DNA from: Polynucleobacter sp.
GTDB lineage: Bacteria > Pseudomonadota > Gammaproteobacteria > Burkholderiales > Burkholderiaceae
Reading direction: 5' to 3'
Length of the DNA: 64,000 bases
NCBI GenBank assembly: GCA_044225315.1
Contig: JBGAIU010000009.1
Location: forward strand, 672-64,671
Shown here piece after piece: positions 1 through 11,200 of the stretch. Every line of letters starts with the position of its first letter. Within the stretch, counting starts at the first letter, position 1. The translations under genes and the position numbers were made by a program. The notes under the pieces were generated by a model. That model was given only the letters and a program-made list of their open reading frames with translations, made no database searches and was not told where the DNA came from.

Positions 1-90
1 AAGACTGAGCTTGATGCTTTAGTTGCGTATCTGCAAGGTCTTGGCATCAATCGTAGATACATCATTGTTGATGAGGTAGTAGCTAAGTAA
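1..90 (+). CDS. ccoO: cbb3-type cytochrome c oxidase subunit II, C-terminal fragment (5' part outside window)
   Basis: Frame 1 reads KTELDALVAYLQGLGINRRYIIVDEVVAK* (TAA 88-90); TELDALVAYLQGLG is the typical CcoO C-terminus; lies upstream of ccoQ/ccoP. Confidence 0.85.
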   Translation, partial: KTELDALVAYLQGLGINRRYIIVDEVVAK

Positions 91-110
91 TTCTTAGTTA
101 CTGGGAAACT

Positions 111-278
111 ATGCAAAATATCGCACCCTACCTCTCAGCAATATCTACAGTGCTTGGCTTAGTAGTTTTTTTAGGAATTGTTTGGTGGGCTTGGTCTGCA
201 AAAAGACAGCCTGCTAATCAAGAATCCGCAGAACTCCCGTTCGATCTACCCGATGAATTCAGTAAGGATAAATCATGA
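111..278 (+). CDS. ccoQ: cbb3-type cytochrome c oxidase subunit CcoQ (55 aa, absent from ORF track)
   Basis: Hand translation MQNIAPYLSAISTVLGLVVFLGIVWWAWSAKRQPANQESAELPFDLPDEFSKDKS*; one TM helix; ATGA overlap with ccoP. Confidence 0.88.
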   Translation: MQNIAPYLSAISTVLGLVVFLGIVWWAWSAKRQPANQESAELPFDLPDEFSKDKS

Positions 279-1201
279 GTGACTTTCTTGGTGCCGGTTG
301 GAGTACCTATATCGCCTTAGTAACTTTGGTCGGTATTGTATGGTGCATCTGGTTATTATTTTCTCAACGTAAGACTAAGGTAACGCTAAAGCCAGATGGT
401 CAAGTGGATGACACTGGTCACGTTTGGGATGGCGACTTACGTGAATTGAATAATCCTCTGCCACGCTGGTGGATGTGGATGTTCCTCATCTTTTGTATTT
501 TTGGTTTGGTTTACTTAGTTCTCTATCCAGGTCTTGGTTCATACCCAGGCGTGTTGGGCTATAGCACTGATGGCGCATTGATGAAGTCAATGACTACCGC
601 AAACGATGAGTTAAAGCCAGTCTATGCAAAATATGTGAAGATGGATATTGAGCAAATCGCAGCTGATCCTCAAGCTCGTGAAATGGGTCAACGTCTGTTC
701 TTAAACTCTTGCGCGCAATGTCACGGCTCAGATGCTGGCGGCTCTAAAGGATTCCCGAATTTGACTGATGGCGACTGGTTATATGGTGGCTCGCCTGAGA
801 ACATTAAGATAACCATTACCAATGGTCGTGGCGGTGTAATGCCTCCATTCCCACAGTTAGACAGCAAGCAAATTGTGGACGTAGCAAATTATGTTCGCAG
901 CTTATCTGGCTTGCCTGCTGATGATCTCAAAGTGGCGCGTGGTGCTGAAGTATTTAAAGCTAACTGCGCTGCATGTCATGGTCCAGATGGAAAAGGTAAT
1001 ATTGCTTTAGGCGCTCCAAATCTCACTGATAAAGTTTGGTTATACGGTGGTTCTGAAGCAACCATTATTGAGACTGTTGCAAAAGGTCGTATGGCACAAA
1101 TGCCTGCTCAAGATAAAGTATTGAGTCCTGAGAAGATCCAGTTATTGACAGCTTATGTATGGGGCTTATCAAATAATAAGCAGGCACCTGCAAGCAAGTA
1201 A
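275..1201 (+). CDS. ccoP: cbb3-type cytochrome c oxidase subunit III
   Basis: GHVWDGDLRELNNPLPRWW motif; two CxxCH heme sites (CAQCH, CAACH). Confidence 0.97.
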   Translation: MSDFLGAGWSTYIALVTLVGIVWCIWLLFSQRKTKVTLKPDGQVDDTGHVWDGDLRELNNPLPRWWMWMFLIFCIFGLVYLVLYPGLGSYPGVLGYSTDGALMKSMTTANDELKPVYAKYVKMDIEQIAADPQAREMGQRLFLNSCAQCHGSDAGGSKGFPNLTDGDWLYGGSPENIKITITNGRGGVMPPFPQLDSKQIVDVANYVRSLSGLPADDLKVARGAEVFKANCAACHGPDGKGNIALGAPNLTDKVWLYGGSEATIIETVAKGRMAQMPAQDKVLSPEKIQLLTAYVWGLSNNKQAPASK

Positions 1202-1222
1202 TACAGGGTAAGTGAAGTAACA

Positions 1223-2680
1223 GTGTCAGAGAATTCGCCGGGTGGAAAGCCCGTTCCGATAGAGGTTATAGAGGAATCTCTTTACGAGGTCCGGCGAAAG
1301 ATTTACCCACGTTCTGTATCGGGCTTATTTGCCCGCTGGCGTTTCATCTTAGTATTCGCCACCCAACTACTCTTTTATGGTCTGCCTTGGCTGAGTTGGA
1401 ATGGTCGTCAAGCAGTTCTCTTTGATCTAATTCAGCGTAAGTTTTACATCTTCGGATTGGTTTTATGGCCACAGGATGTAATCTACCTCACGCTACTTTT
1501 AATTCTTTCTGCCTTAGCGCTATTCCTGTTTACCACTGTAGCAGGGCGTTTATTTTGTGGATACGCATGTCCGCAGACGGTCTATACCGAGATCTTTATG
1601 TGGATCGAACGCAAGGTAGAAGGCGATCGTTTTGCACGTATTCGTTTGGATGGCGAAGAGTGGCCATGGGGCTTTAAAAAGTGGCGCCTTAAGATTTCCA
1701 AGCATTTCCTCTGGTTGTTAATTGCGTTCTGGACGGGCTTTACATTTATTGGTTATTTCACGCCAATTGAGACCTTGGGCGCAGCGATTTTGCATTTATC
1801 GCTTGGACCATGGCAGACATTCTGGCTGTGTTTCTATGCCTTCGCAACTTGGGGCAACGCAGGCTTCATGCGTGAGCAGGTTTGTAAATACATGTGCCCT
1901 TATGCACGCTTCCAAAGCGTGATGGTTGATAAAGATACCTTCTTGGTAACTTATGACAAAGTTCGTGGTGAGCCTCGCGGAAGTCGCAGTAGATCTACTG
2001 ATCATGCTGCTTTAGGTTTGGGTGATTGCGTTGACTGCAGTATTTGCGTGCAAGTTTGTCCAACGGGTATAGATATTCGGGATGGCTTGCAATACATGTG
2101 CATTGGGTGTGGCGCTTGTATTGATGCTTGTAATCAGGTGATGGAGAAAGTGAATTATCCAAAAGGATTAATTCGTTACACCACTGAGAGAGCGATTCTG
2201 GATAAAGAGACCAATCAAAGCGCCATCAAACATATATTACGTCCGAGAGTAATTTTCTATACGGGATTCATTACGCTATTAGCTTCCGCGTTCCTATTTT
2301 CTTTAGCTACCAGAAATCCTCTTCGTGTGGATGTCATGCGCGACCGTGGTGCCTTGGCTCGTGAGGTAGAGGGTGTTCGCATTGAGAATATTTATCGCAT
2401 TCAAATCATGAATGCATCCGAGAATCCCATGAAGGTACAGATGAAGGCGACCGGCTTGAATGATTTGAGGATTTTAAATTCTCAAGGTCAAGAGGTGACT
2501 GAGATTAATGTCGGGCCAGCAAGTAATCAGCTGATGCCAATTAAGGTGAGCACCAATATTGGTCAAAATGAGTCAGGTAATTACCCAATTCATTTTGATG
2601 TAACGGCACAAGAGCAGGCTGGTAATGAGATCATTACCAGAACTCGTAATGAAAAATCCAGCTTTATCATTCCTCGTTAA
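1223..2680 (+). CDS. ccoG: cytochrome c oxidase accessory protein CcoG/FixG
   Basis: GRLFCGYACPQTVYTE, CKYMCPY, CVDCSICVQVCPTGIDIR Fe-S motifs; operon position. Confidence 0.95.
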   Translation: MSENSPGGKPVPIEVIEESLYEVRRKIYPRSVSGLFARWRFILVFATQLLFYGLPWLSWNGRQAVLFDLIQRKFYIFGLVLWPQDVIYLTLLLILSALALFLFTTVAGRLFCGYACPQTVYTEIFMWIERKVEGDRFARIRLDGEEWPWGFKKWRLKISKHFLWLLIAFWTGFTFIGYFTPIETLGAAILHLSLGPWQTFWLCFYAFATWGNAGFMREQVCKYMCPYARFQSVMVDKDTFLVTYDKVRGEPRGSRSRSTDHAALGLGDCVDCSICVQVCPTGIDIRDGLQYMCIGCGACIDACNQVMEKVNYPKGLIRYTTERAILDKETNQSAIKHILRPRVIFYTGFITLLASAFLFSLATRNPLRVDVMRDRGALAREVEGVRIENIYRIQIMNASENPMKVQMKATGLNDLRILNSQGQEVTEINVGPASNQLMPIKVSTNIGQNESGNYPIHFDVTAQEQAGNEIITRTRNEKSSFIIPR

Positions 2681-2695
2681 GCTAGCAAGCAAAAG

Positions 2696-2914
2696 ATGGA
2701 GAGCAAGCATATGACCGAACAGCAAATTAGCAAGCCCTGGTGGAAGCAGTTGTGGCCTTGGCTCTTAATTAGTGGCCCTGCAGTTGCGATGATTGGTTGC
2801 ATCATTACGATTTGGCTTGCAGTAAATATGCATGCTGATAAACCTTTGCGTGATGGAGTAGTAAAGCAAGGTTTAAAAGTTGAACAACTTAAAGACCCAA
2901 AGGTTCACAAATGA
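2696..2914 (+). CDS. short FixH/CcoH-like membrane protein
   Basis: KPWWKQLWPWLLISGP N-terminal motif typical of FixH family; follows ccoG. Confidence 0.65.
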   Translation: MESKHMTEQQISKPWWKQLWPWLLISGPAVAMIGCIITIWLAVNMHADKPLRDGVVKQGLKVEQLKDPKVHK

Positions 2915-3171
2915 AATATCGCCTACTCATTTGGATTTTGTGGCCCTCATTCCTAGTCGCTGGTATGGCGGAAGGGTTGTTGTTTACCGTTATTCATCCG
3001 CAGGATTTATTATTTTTTGGATATCACCCAGAAGTATCGGATGAGGGTATTTACACGATTGGATTTTTTGTCATCTGGACTTTTTGCGCCGTCTCTAGCG
3101 CCCTAACGGCTTATATCTTGCCTGGTATCGAATCGCCAGACAATAAAGAAATCGATCGCGGATTAATTTAG
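2911..3171 (+). CDS. hypothetical membrane protein of the cco operon
   Basis: ATGA overlap with previous gene; ILWPSFLVAG motif; two hydrophobic segments. Confidence 0.7.
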   Translation: MKYRLLIWILWPSFLVAGMAEGLLFTVIHPQDLLFFGYHPEVSDEGIYTIGFFVIWTFCAVSSALTAYILPGIESPDNKEIDRGLI

Positions 3172-3174
3172 TGC

Positions 3175-3945
3175 TTATCCCTGTTTTACAGGGATGTCAG
3201 AGCTAACACAGGCAGTTCTATCTGGATTTGGAATGCCTGCTAATTCATAGAGGCCATTCATATCGATGAGTTTGATATGACGCTGTTTAATTTGAATTAA
3301 ACCTGATTCTGCAAAGCGTGAGAGCATGCGGCTAACGGTCTCAATTTGGATGCCGAGGTAGCTGCCGATATCGACGCGACTCATGCGAAGATCAAACTCG
3401 TTGTTCATGTAGCCACGTGCTGCTAGGCGTTGTGAGAGGCTTAATAGAAATGCTGCTAATCGCTCCTCTGCGCGCATTGTTCCCAGAGAGAGTAGGTGGC
3501 GCTGATCTTGAGTTAGCTTACGACTCATAATCCGATGAAACTGATTTTGTAGAACCGGAATTTGCCTCGCGAGATCTTCAAAGGCTTCGTAACGAATAAT
3601 GCATACGTCACTCTCTTCTAGAGCAATTGCATCAGATTGATAGTGTCCATCGCCAATACCATCGAGGCCAAGAATTTCACCGGGAAGATGAAAGCCAATG
3701 ACTTGCTGTCGACCATCTTGAAGACAGTACTCAGTTTTGAGAGTGCCAAACCGCACGCTATAGACTGAACTTAATGAATCGCCGTGGCGATAAAGGCTTT
3801 CGCCCTTTTGTAAATGCACCCGCTCTTTTACTAGGGTGTCAATTTTGGATACATCGCTAGAGCTGAGGCCAACCGGAAGACAAAATTGCCCCAAAACGCA
3901 AACCGAGCATTTGCTGGTAGGGGTATCGGTAGGCTTGTAATTCAT
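3175..3945 (-). CDS. fnr: FNR-type Crp-family oxygen-sensing regulator
   Basis: N-terminal CSVCVLGQFC cysteine cluster; GFHLPGEILG; HTH region SYLGIQIETVSR. Confidence 0.93.
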   Translation of the reverse strand: MNYKPTDTPTSKCSVCVLGQFCLPVGLSSSDVSKIDTLVKERVHLQKGESLYRHGDSLSSVYSVRFGTLKTEYCLQDGRQQVIGFHLPGEILGLDGIGDGHYQSDAIALEESDVCIIRYEAFEDLARQIPVLQNQFHRIMSRKLTQDQRHLLSLGTMRAEERLAAFLLSLSQRLAARGYMNNEFDLRMSRVDIGSYLGIQIETVSRMLSRFAESGLIQIKQRHIKLIDMNGLYELAGIPNPDRTACVSSDIPVKQG

Positions 3946-4018
3946 ATTGGGTTAATTGTGCAGACAGTTTATTCTACTAGGGTGAAAGACGTTATTACCT
4001 CAAAATTGGCGAATTGGC

Positions 4019-4738
4019 ATGCTAACCGCTAGCTTATTGACCGCTATTTTTTTGGGTGCGCTTGTCAGTGGCTGGCATTGCGCTTTGATGTGTGGTGGTA
4101 TTGCTGCTGCAATTGAGCATCCTGTGGCATCCCAGATGCCATTAAAGACCAAATTTGAGCTTTTATATGACCAGTTAATTATGCATATGGGTCGTATAAC
4201 TACCTATGTCATATTAGGTGCTTTCGCTGCATGGATTGGGGTCGTTGTTTGGCAGCAAAATGTATTGCCTATTCAGCGTGCTTTATTTGTGCTCACTTCG
4301 ATCTTGTTATTTGCAATGGGAGTGCGCTTGCTGAATTTAGGTGGGTCTGGTGGGCGTATTGGTGGTAGATGGCTAGGTGCTCAAATCGCGAATTATTGGG
4401 CCAAATATTTTGGGCGTTTTGCTAATGGCCCATCTCGTTGGTTTAGTGGAATGTTGTGGGGCCTCGTACCTTGTGGTTTGGTATACGGTGTATTGCCATT
4501 GGCTTTTTTATCTGGTGATGTATTGACAGGCGCAAGCATTATGTTTGCTTTTGGTTTGGGTACATTGCCAAACCTATTATTGATATCCAAGTTCTCTGCA
4601 GCGTTAACCCAATTTGGACAATACAGATGGGTGCGGTATTTTGCCGCTTCATTGCTATTTATTGGCGCTGGATTTGGTATGTATCGAGCATGGATTTTGC
4701 CTGAAGCATTGCTTAAAGGGGGCTTTTGCCTCTCCTAA
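4019..4738 (+). CDS. sulfite exporter TauE/DsbD_2-like membrane protein (cbb3 biogenesis-associated)
   Basis: HCALMCGG and GLVPCGLVY motifs; multiple TM helices; next to cco/fnr. Confidence 0.78.
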   Translation: MLTASLLTAIFLGALVSGWHCALMCGGIAAAIEHPVASQMPLKTKFELLYDQLIMHMGRITTYVILGAFAAWIGVVVWQQNVLPIQRALFVLTSILLFAMGVRLLNLGGSGGRIGGRWLGAQIANYWAKYFGRFANGPSRWFSGMLWGLVPCGLVYGVLPLAFLSGDVLTGASIMFAFGLGTLPNLLLISKFSAALTQFGQYRWVRYFAASLLFIGAGFGMYRAWILPEALLKGGFCLS

Positions 4739-4999
4739 AACCCAACCCTTAATGGGATAAGTTTCAAAGAACCCTAATTTTTCTGATCTGGCAAGACGCT
4801 TTAGTTGCGCCTCGGCTTTGGAGGCTGTGGATCGGTCTGGATGTTCTTGAGTAGCCAATAATTTGACTAGACCACGGGACCGGGTATAGCGTGCGCCTTG
4901 CCCTGAGTTATGGGCGTTGATGCGATGTTCGAGACGATTGGTGATCCCGGCATAGTAGCTGCCATCCGAACACTCGAGGAGGTAAACAAACCAGGTCAA
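4655..4999 (-). CDS. GIY-YIG nuclease family protein
   Basis: WFVYLLECSDGSYYAGITNRLEHRINAHNSGQGARYTRSR. Confidence 0.82.
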   Translation of the reverse strand: MTWFVYLLECSDGSYYAGITNRLEHRINAHNSGQGARYTRSRGLVKLLATQEHPDRSTASKAEAQLKRLARSEKLGFFETYPIKGWVLGEAKAPFKQCFRQNPCSIHTKSSANK

Positions 5000-5037
5000 T
5001 TTGAGGTCAAATTTGGGTAAAAAGTGCTTTAAGAAGC

Positions 5038-5063
5038 CTTGAAATTCGCAATATAGCCCTTAT
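5038..5063 (+). promoter_or_regulatory. sigma32-like heat-shock promoter of clpB
   Basis: CTTGAA-N13-CCCTTAT about 40 bp before the clpB ATG; resembles CTTGAA..CCCCAT consensus. Confidence 0.6.
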
Positions 5064-5105
5064 ATTCTATAGATATAAATACATGAAAAACATGGGGCAA
5101 CAAAA

Positions 5106-7709
5106 ATGAGAATAGATAAATTAACAACCAAATTTCAACAGGCTTTGAGCGAGGCTCAGAGCATTGCTTTAGCCAAAGACAATCAATATATCGAGCCAGC
5201 TCATTTGCTGTTGGCAATGTTGCGGGACTCGGATGGTGCCGCTAAGAGTTTGTTAACTCGCGCTGGGGTCAATATTGCTGGTCTGGAAAAAGGCGTAGAA
5301 AAGATCATTAATAACCTACCAGAAGTGCAGGGCACTAGCGGTGAGGTTCAGGTGGGGCGCGATCTCGCTAATTGGCTCAACTTATGTGAAAAAGAAGCAA
5401 ACAAACGTAATGATCAGTTCATTGCTGGCGAATTATTTTTGCTAGTGGTAGCGGATGATAAAGGCGAGCTTGGTAAAGTGGCCCGAGAGAATGGTTTAAA
5501 TCGTAAATCACTTGAAGCGGCGATTGATCTAGTCCGCGGAGGAGAGTCAGTGAATAGTGCAGATGCTGAAGGTCAACGCGAGGCCTTGAAAAAATATACA
5601 GTGGATCTAACTGAGCGTGCTCGTATGGGTAAGCTTGATCCTGTGATTGGTCGTGATGATGAAATTCGTCGCACCATTCAAATCTTGCAAAGACGCGGTA
5701 AAAACAATCCCGTTTTGATTGGTGAGCCAGGTGTAGGTAAAACTGCGATTGTGGAAGGCTTGGCGCAACGTATTGTGAATGGCGAAGTGCCTGAGACGCT
5801 GAAAGATAAACGTGTTTTAGTGTTGGACATGGCTTTGCTATTGGCTGGCGCGAAGTATCGTGGCGAATTTGAAGAGCGCCTAAAAGCGGTTCTGAGCGAT
5901 GTTGCTAAAGACGAAGGTCAGACCATCATCTTTATTGATGAGATTCATACGATGGTTGGCGCAGGCAAGAGTGATGGCGCAATGGATGCTGGCAATATGC
6001 TTAAGCCTGCTTTAGCTCGTGGCGAATTACATTGCATCGGCGCGACTACTTTGGATGAATATCGTAAGTACATCGAGAAAGATCCTGCATTAGAGCGCCG
6101 CTTCCAAAAGGTTATGGTGGAAGAGCCCAGTGTTGAGGCAACTATCGCTATCTTGCGTGGTTTACAAGAGCGCTATGAGCTTCACCATGGAATCGAAATT
6201 ACCGATCCAGCAATCGTTGCTGCAGCTGAGTTATCTCACCGTTACATTACTGACCGTTTCTTGCCAGATAAGGCAATCGATTTGATCGATGAGGCGGGTT
6301 CACGCATTCGCATGGAGATTGATTCCAAGCCTGAAGTCATGGACAAGTTGGATCGTCGCTTGATTCAGCTCAAGATTGAGCGTGAGGCGGTCAAGAAGGA
6401 GAAAGACGAAGCTTCTCAGAAGCGTCTAGCTTTGATTGAGGATGAGATTAAACGCCTTGGTGCTGAATATGCCGATTTAGAGGAAATCTGGAAGGCTGAG
6501 AAGGGTGCTGTATTGGGCGCCGCTCACTTGAAAGAAGAGATTGAGAAGACCCGCGCTGAGATTGCGAAATTGCAACGTGAAGGCAAGCTCGAAAAGGTTG
6601 CTGAGTTGCAATACGGCAAATTACCTGAGTTGGAAGCAAAGTTGAAATCAGCTGCTGCTGCCGAAGCAAAAGGCGACAAAGATGGTGTTGTGAAGAACAA
6701 GCTTCTTCGCACGCAAGTTGGTGCCGAAGAAATCGCGGAAGTGGTTTCTCGTGCAACAGGTATTCCTGTATCAAAGATGATGCAAGGCGAGCGTGACAAG
6801 CTTCTCAAGATGGAAGAGCTATTACACAAGCGTGTGGTTGGTCAAGATGAAGCGATTCGCGCTGTGTTTGATGCAATTCGTCGCTCCCGTGCTGGTTTGG
6901 CTGAAGAGAATCGTCCTTATGGATCTTTCTTATTCTTGGGGCCAACAGGTGTTGGTAAGACTGAGCTTTGCAAGGCATTGGCTGGATTCCTCTTTGATAG
7001 CGAAGACCATTTAATTCGTATCGACATGAGTGAATTCATGGAGAAGCATAGCGTTGCCCGATTGATTGGCGCGCCTCCTGGTTATGTTGGATACGAAGAA
7101 GGTGGTTATTTGACTGAGCAAGTGCGTCGTCATCCTTATAGCGTGATCTTGTTTGATGAGATCGAGAAAGCGCATCCAGATGTCTTTAACGTTCTGCTGC
7201 AAGTACTTGATGATGGTCGTTTGACAGATGGTCAGGGTCGCACAGTAGACTTCAAGAACACTGTCATTGTGATGACCAGCAATATTGGCTCGCAATTAAT
7301 TCAGTCCATGGCGGATAAGAAGCAAGCCGAAATCAAGGAAGCAGTTTTCGAAGAGTTGAAGAATCACTTCCGCCCTGAATTCTTAAACCGCATTGATGAG
7401 ATCGTGGTGTTCCATGGTTTAGATAAAGACAATATTTCTAATATTGCCAAGATTTTGTTGAAAAACTTGTCGGAACGCTTGGCGAGGGTAGATATGCAAC
7501 TTGAAGTGAGTGATGCCGCCTTAAGCAAGCTTGCTGAGGTTGGTTTTGATCCGATCTTCGGTGCGCGTCCATTAAAACGTGCCATCCAACAGCACATCGA
7601 GAACCCTGTGTCTAAGATGATTCTGGAGGGTAAGTTTGGTCCTAAGGATGTTGTCCCAGTAGATGTGGATAAGAATGGCGAGTTCAGCTTTACCCGCCAA
7701 GTGCATTAA
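5106..7709 (+). CDS. clpB: ATP-dependent chaperone ClpB
   Basis: Two AAA+ modules ([16 protein letters not shown]), middle coiled coil, [13 protein letters not shown]. Confidence 0.99.
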   Translation: MRIDKLTTKFQQALSEAQSIALAKDNQYIEPAHLLLAMLRDSDGAAKSLLTRAGVNIAGLEKGVEKIINNLPEVQGTSGEVQVGRDLANWLNLCEKEANKRNDQFIAGELFLLVVADDKGELGKVARENGLNRKSLEAAIDLVRGGESVNSADAEGQREALKKYTVDLTERARMGKLDPVIGRDDEIRRTIQILQRRGKNNPVLIGEPGVGKTAIVEGLAQRIVNGEVPETLKDKRVLVLDMALLLAGAKYRGEFEERLKAVLSDVAKDEGQTIIFIDEIHTMVGAGKSDGAMDAGNMLKPALARGELHCIGATTLDEYRKYIEKDPALERRFQKVMVEEPSVEATIAILRGLQERYELHHGIEITDPAIVAAAELSHRYITDRFLPDKAIDLIDEAGSRIRMEIDSKPEVMDKLDRRLIQLKIEREAVKKEKDEASQKRLALIEDEIKRLGAEYADLEEIWKAEKGAVLGAAHLKEEIEKTRAEIAKLQREGKLEKVAELQYGKLPELEAKLKSAAAAEAKGDKDGVVKNKLLRTQVGAEEIAEVVSRATGIPVSKMMQGERDKLLKMEELLHKRVVGQDEAIRAVFDAIRRSRAGLAEENRPYGSFLFLGPTGVGKTELCKALAGFLFDSEDHLIRIDMSEFMEKHSVARLIGAPPGYVGYEEGGYLTEQVRRHPYSVILFDEIEKAHPDVFNVLLQVLDDGRLTDGQGRTVDFKNTVIVMTSNIGSQLIQSMADKKQAEIKEAVFEELKNHFRPEFLNRIDEIVVFHGLDKDNISNIAKILLKNLSERLARVDMQLEVSDAALSKLAEVGFDPIFGARPLKRAIQQHIENPVSKMILEGKFGPKDVVPVDVDKNGEFSFTRQVH

Positions 7710-7758
7710 ACCTTAGTCCTTTTTTGCAGGAATCATCCTGCGCTAGTACACTCGGTAC

Positions 7759-8991
7759 ATGACTGTTGCGCTTAGTAGGCGTGCCAGTGATGTCCGGGTT
7801 ATTAGTCTTATTAGCCTAGCGCACGGCAGCTCTCATTTTTTTCACCTGATTCTTCCACCAATGTTTCCATGGTTGAAGAATGAATTCGCACTGAATTACG
7901 CTGAGCTTGGACTATTAATGTCGGTCTTCTTTGTGGTTTCTTGCGTAGTGCAGGCATCTTCAGGATTTTTGGTTGATCGCATTGGCGCAAGACCGATTCT
8001 CTTTGCTGGGGTGGGCTTATTGGCTTTGGCTGCCCTTATTTATTCCCAAAGCAACGGATATTGGATGTTGGTGTTGGGCGCAGTGATTGCAGGGTGTGGC
8101 AACGGCATTTTTCATCCTGTTGATTACACACTCATTAATCACAAAATCTCCCCGCCTAATTTGCCTTATGCCTACTCTATGCATGGTGTAACAGGCTACC
8201 TAGGCTGGGCTGCGGCACCGGCATTCATGGTGGGTATTGCGCAGATTTCAGATTAGCGTATCGCTTTCTTAGCAGCAGCATTATTAGAGGTAACGATTCT
8301 GTTGATTCTTTGGATGAATAAGAGTCAACTGATTGATAACGTTAAAGAGCGTCATGAAAGTGTTCAAGAAAGCAATTCATCTAGCAAGGCAGGGGTTGCT
8401 CCAGAAGGGGCGTTTGCATTCTTAAAGTTAAAAGCGGTTTGGTTGTGCTGGATTTTCCTTTTCTTTAGCATGGCCTCTACTTCAAGCCTGCAATCTTTCT
8501 CGCCCAGTGCGCTTTTCAAGATTTATGACTTACCTGTAAATGTCGGAAATTATTACCTAACGCTTTTGGCGCTTGGAAGTGCAGTGGGTGTATTGGTGGG
8601 TGGGTATCTGGCTGCGAAGCTTTATACCCCAGAGCGAATTGTGTCGAGTTTTCTATCTATCACCATCATCATTTGCTTACTTCTGGCAACGGGATTAATT
8701 CCCCCACAAATTATTCCAATTATTTTTTGCGCTTTGGGGTTTGGGTATGGTGTTGTTGCCCCTTCAAGGGACCTTTTGGTTGAATTAGCAACACCAAAGG
8801 GTGTTGCTGGGCGGGTTTACGGCATCGTGTATTCAGGAATTGATTTAAGTGCGGCCGTAGGGCCGTTTGTGTTTGGCTTCTTTATGGATGCTGGACTGCC
8901 AAAAGCACTATTCATTGGTATTGCGTTATTTCAGTTGATGATTATTTCAACCGTATTTAAAGTTTCATCAACTACCCATAAGCCCGAATAA
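7759..8991 (+). pseudogene. MFS transporter interrupted by in-frame TAG at 8254-8256
   Basis: Track ORFs 7759-8256 and 8302-8991 are in one frame: IAQISD*RIAFLAAALLE; GFLVDRIGAR MFS motif. Confidence 0.85.
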
Positions 8992-9210
8992 AAATAAGAT
9001 GGGTGTTAGTGGCGATCTCTTTTTTCACATTATGAAACTTCATTACACTGCGTAAAATGCGGTACATCAGGGTGTGTCTATTCTGATTTCGCAGGGCTGA
9101 TACACATTCCGCATTACAAAAATTAATTCCTAAGTAACTGAAAAATATAGGTTAAATATTTTCAAAAAAGATTGAAATAGATCTTGTCTGCTTTTGATAT
9201 CTCTCTAAAC

Positions 9211-9222
9211 TCTTATATAAGA
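9211..9222. promoter_or_regulatory. palindrome TCTTATATAAGA upstream of aceA, candidate operator
   Basis: Perfect 12-bp palindrome 70 bp before the aceA start; function inferred only. Confidence 0.3.
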
Positions 9223-9292
9223 CATAAGACTTAAATTAGTTCTTAAGGCTCTTCGAATTTTTGAATTACTTGTTTAACTTAGGGAGAAAAAC

Positions 9293-10591
9293 ATGGCAGA
9301 TCGCAAAGCTGAAATCGCAGCAATTCAGAAGGATTGGGATACCAATCCACGTTGGAAAGGTATTAAGCGCGGCTACACAGCGGAAGATGTTGTACGTCTT
9401 CGTGGCTCATTGATGATTGAGCACACGTTGGCAAAGCATGGCGCTGAAAAATTATGGGATCTCGTTAATAACGAAGCTTATGTAAATTGCTTGGGCGCGT
9501 TGACTGGTGGTCAAGCAATGCAACAGGTTAAAGCTGGCATTCAAGCAATCTACTTGTCTGGTTGGCAAGTTGCTGCTGACGGCAACTCTTATGCAGCGAT
9601 GTACCCAGATCAATCTTTGTATCCAGTAGATTCTGTTCCAAAGATGGTTGAGCGTATCAACAACTCATTCCAACGCGCAGATGAAATTCAAACTGCTAAA
9701 GGTATTGGCCCTGGCGATGCGGGTTATATCGATTACTTTGCACCAATCGTTGCTGATGCTGAAGCCGGTTTCGGTGGTGTATTGAACGCATTTGAATTGG
9801 CAAAAGCATTGATCAAGCAAGGCGCTGCTGGCGTTCACTTTGAAGACCAACTCTCTTCTGTTAAGAAGTGTGGTCACTTAGGCGGCAAAGTATTGTTGCC
9901 AACAGGTGAGTCTGTGCAGAAATTGATCGCAGCTCGTTTGGCTGCTGATGTAATGGGTGTGCCAACAATTATCTTGGCCCGTACCGATGCTGAAGCTGCT
10001 GATTTGTTGACATCTGACTATGATGAAAACGACAAGCCATTCTTGACTGGTGAGCGCACCGCAGAAGGTTTCTACAAGACTCGTAAAGGTTTGGATCAGG
10101 CGATTTCTCGTGGTTTGGCTTACGCTGAATACGCTGATATGGTTTGGTGTGAAACAGGCACTCCTGACTTGGAGTTTGCACGTCAATTCGCTAAAGCAAT
10201 TCGCGCTAAATTCCCAGGCAAGATGTTGGCTTACAACTGCTCACCATCTTTCAACTGGAAGAAAAACTTGGATGATGCAACGATTGCTAAATTCCAACGT
10301 GAGTTGGGCGCTATGAGTTACAAGTATCAGTTCATCACTCTCGCTGGTATTCACTCTATGTGGTACAACATGTACGACTTGGCGCAAGACTACTCTAAGC
10401 GTGGCATGACTGCTTATGTTGAGAAAGTACAAGAGCCAGAATTCGCTGCACGTGATCGTGGTTACACCTTCGTGTCACACCAGCAAGAAGTTGGCACAGG
10501 TTACTTTGATGATGTAACAACTGTTATTCAGGGTGGCAAGTCATCTGTTACAGCGTTGACTGGTTCTACTGAAGAAGAGCAGTTCCACTAA
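9293..10591 (+). CDS. aceA: isocitrate lyase
   Basis: KKCGHLGGK catalytic motif, [21 protein letters not shown]. Confidence 0.99.
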   Translation: MADRKAEIAAIQKDWDTNPRWKGIKRGYTAEDVVRLRGSLMIEHTLAKHGAEKLWDLVNNEAYVNCLGALTGGQAMQQVKAGIQAIYLSGWQVAADGNSYAAMYPDQSLYPVDSVPKMVERINNSFQRADEIQTAKGIGPGDAGYIDYFAPIVADAEAGFGGVLNAFELAKALIKQGAAGVHFEDQLSSVKKCGHLGGKVLLPTGESVQKLIAARLAADVMGVPTIILARTDAEAADLLTSDYDENDKPFLTGERTAEGFYKTRKGLDQAISRGLAYAEYADMVWCETGTPDLEFARQFAKAIRAKFPGKMLAYNCSPSFNWKKNLDDATIAKFQRELGAMSYKYQFITLAGIHSMWYNMYDLAQDYSKRGMTAYVEKVQEPEFAARDRGYTFVSHQQEVGTGYFDDVTTVIQGGKSSVTALTGSTEEEQFH

Positions 10592-10636
10592 GAATCCCTA
10601 AGTAGTCTGTAGTAGCAGTAACACCCTTACTGCCGC

Positions 10637-10678
10637 GGCATCTAAATTACCCCACAAAGGTGACTTAGATGCCGTTTT
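10637..10678 (+). terminator. probable intrinsic terminator of aceA
   Basis: GGCATCTAA...TTAGATGCC stem followed by GTTTT. Confidence 0.55.
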
Positions 10679-10694
10679 CGTATACATTCATTGC

Positions 10695-11135
10695 ATGACC
10701 AATTGCACACTTTGTAAGGATGAACTCAAGCCCGAAGAGGGCGAGTTAATTTGGCGTGGTGACGACTGCCGAGTAATTATGGTGAATGATCCAGATTTGC
10801 CGGGATTTTGTAGGGTAATCTGGAATCATCATGTACCCGAGATGTCTGATCTTACTTATGGCGAGCGTGAGCACATCATGTCTCTAGTGTTTGCTGTTGA
10901 AGAGGTTATCCGTGAGGTAATGGAGCCGTATAAGGTCAATCTCGCCACCTTGGGCAATATGGTTCCTCATATTCATTGGCACGTGATTCCTCGATATCAG
11001 GATGATGCTTATTTCCCAGGTTCACCCTGGTCTGCCAAGGTGAGAGAAAGTTCAAAAACGGCGCTTGAGTCTAGAAGAGCGCTTGCCAAGAAGTTGCCTG
11101 CCAATATTCGGGATGCGATCTCACAAATGTATTAA
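10695..11135 (+). CDS. HIT family protein
   Basis: LGNMVPHIHWHVIPRY histidine triad. Confidence 0.9.
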   Translation: MTNCTLCKDELKPEEGELIWRGDDCRVIMVNDPDLPGFCRVIWNHHVPEMSDLTYGEREHIMSLVFAVEEVIREVMEPYKVNLATLGNMVPHIHWHVIPRYQDDAYFPGSPWSAKVRESSKTALESRRALAKKLPANIRDAISQMY

Positions 11136-11200
11136 ATTATTAGAAAATCAGCGCAAAGCTGAAAAGCAGTGCCCATAATAAAAATAGATGGAGACAAGTA

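Noticed and set aside
4655-4999. GIY-YIG gene as a homing endonuclease or mobile element
   Set aside because: Short stand-alone type, with no intron, intein or flanking repeats
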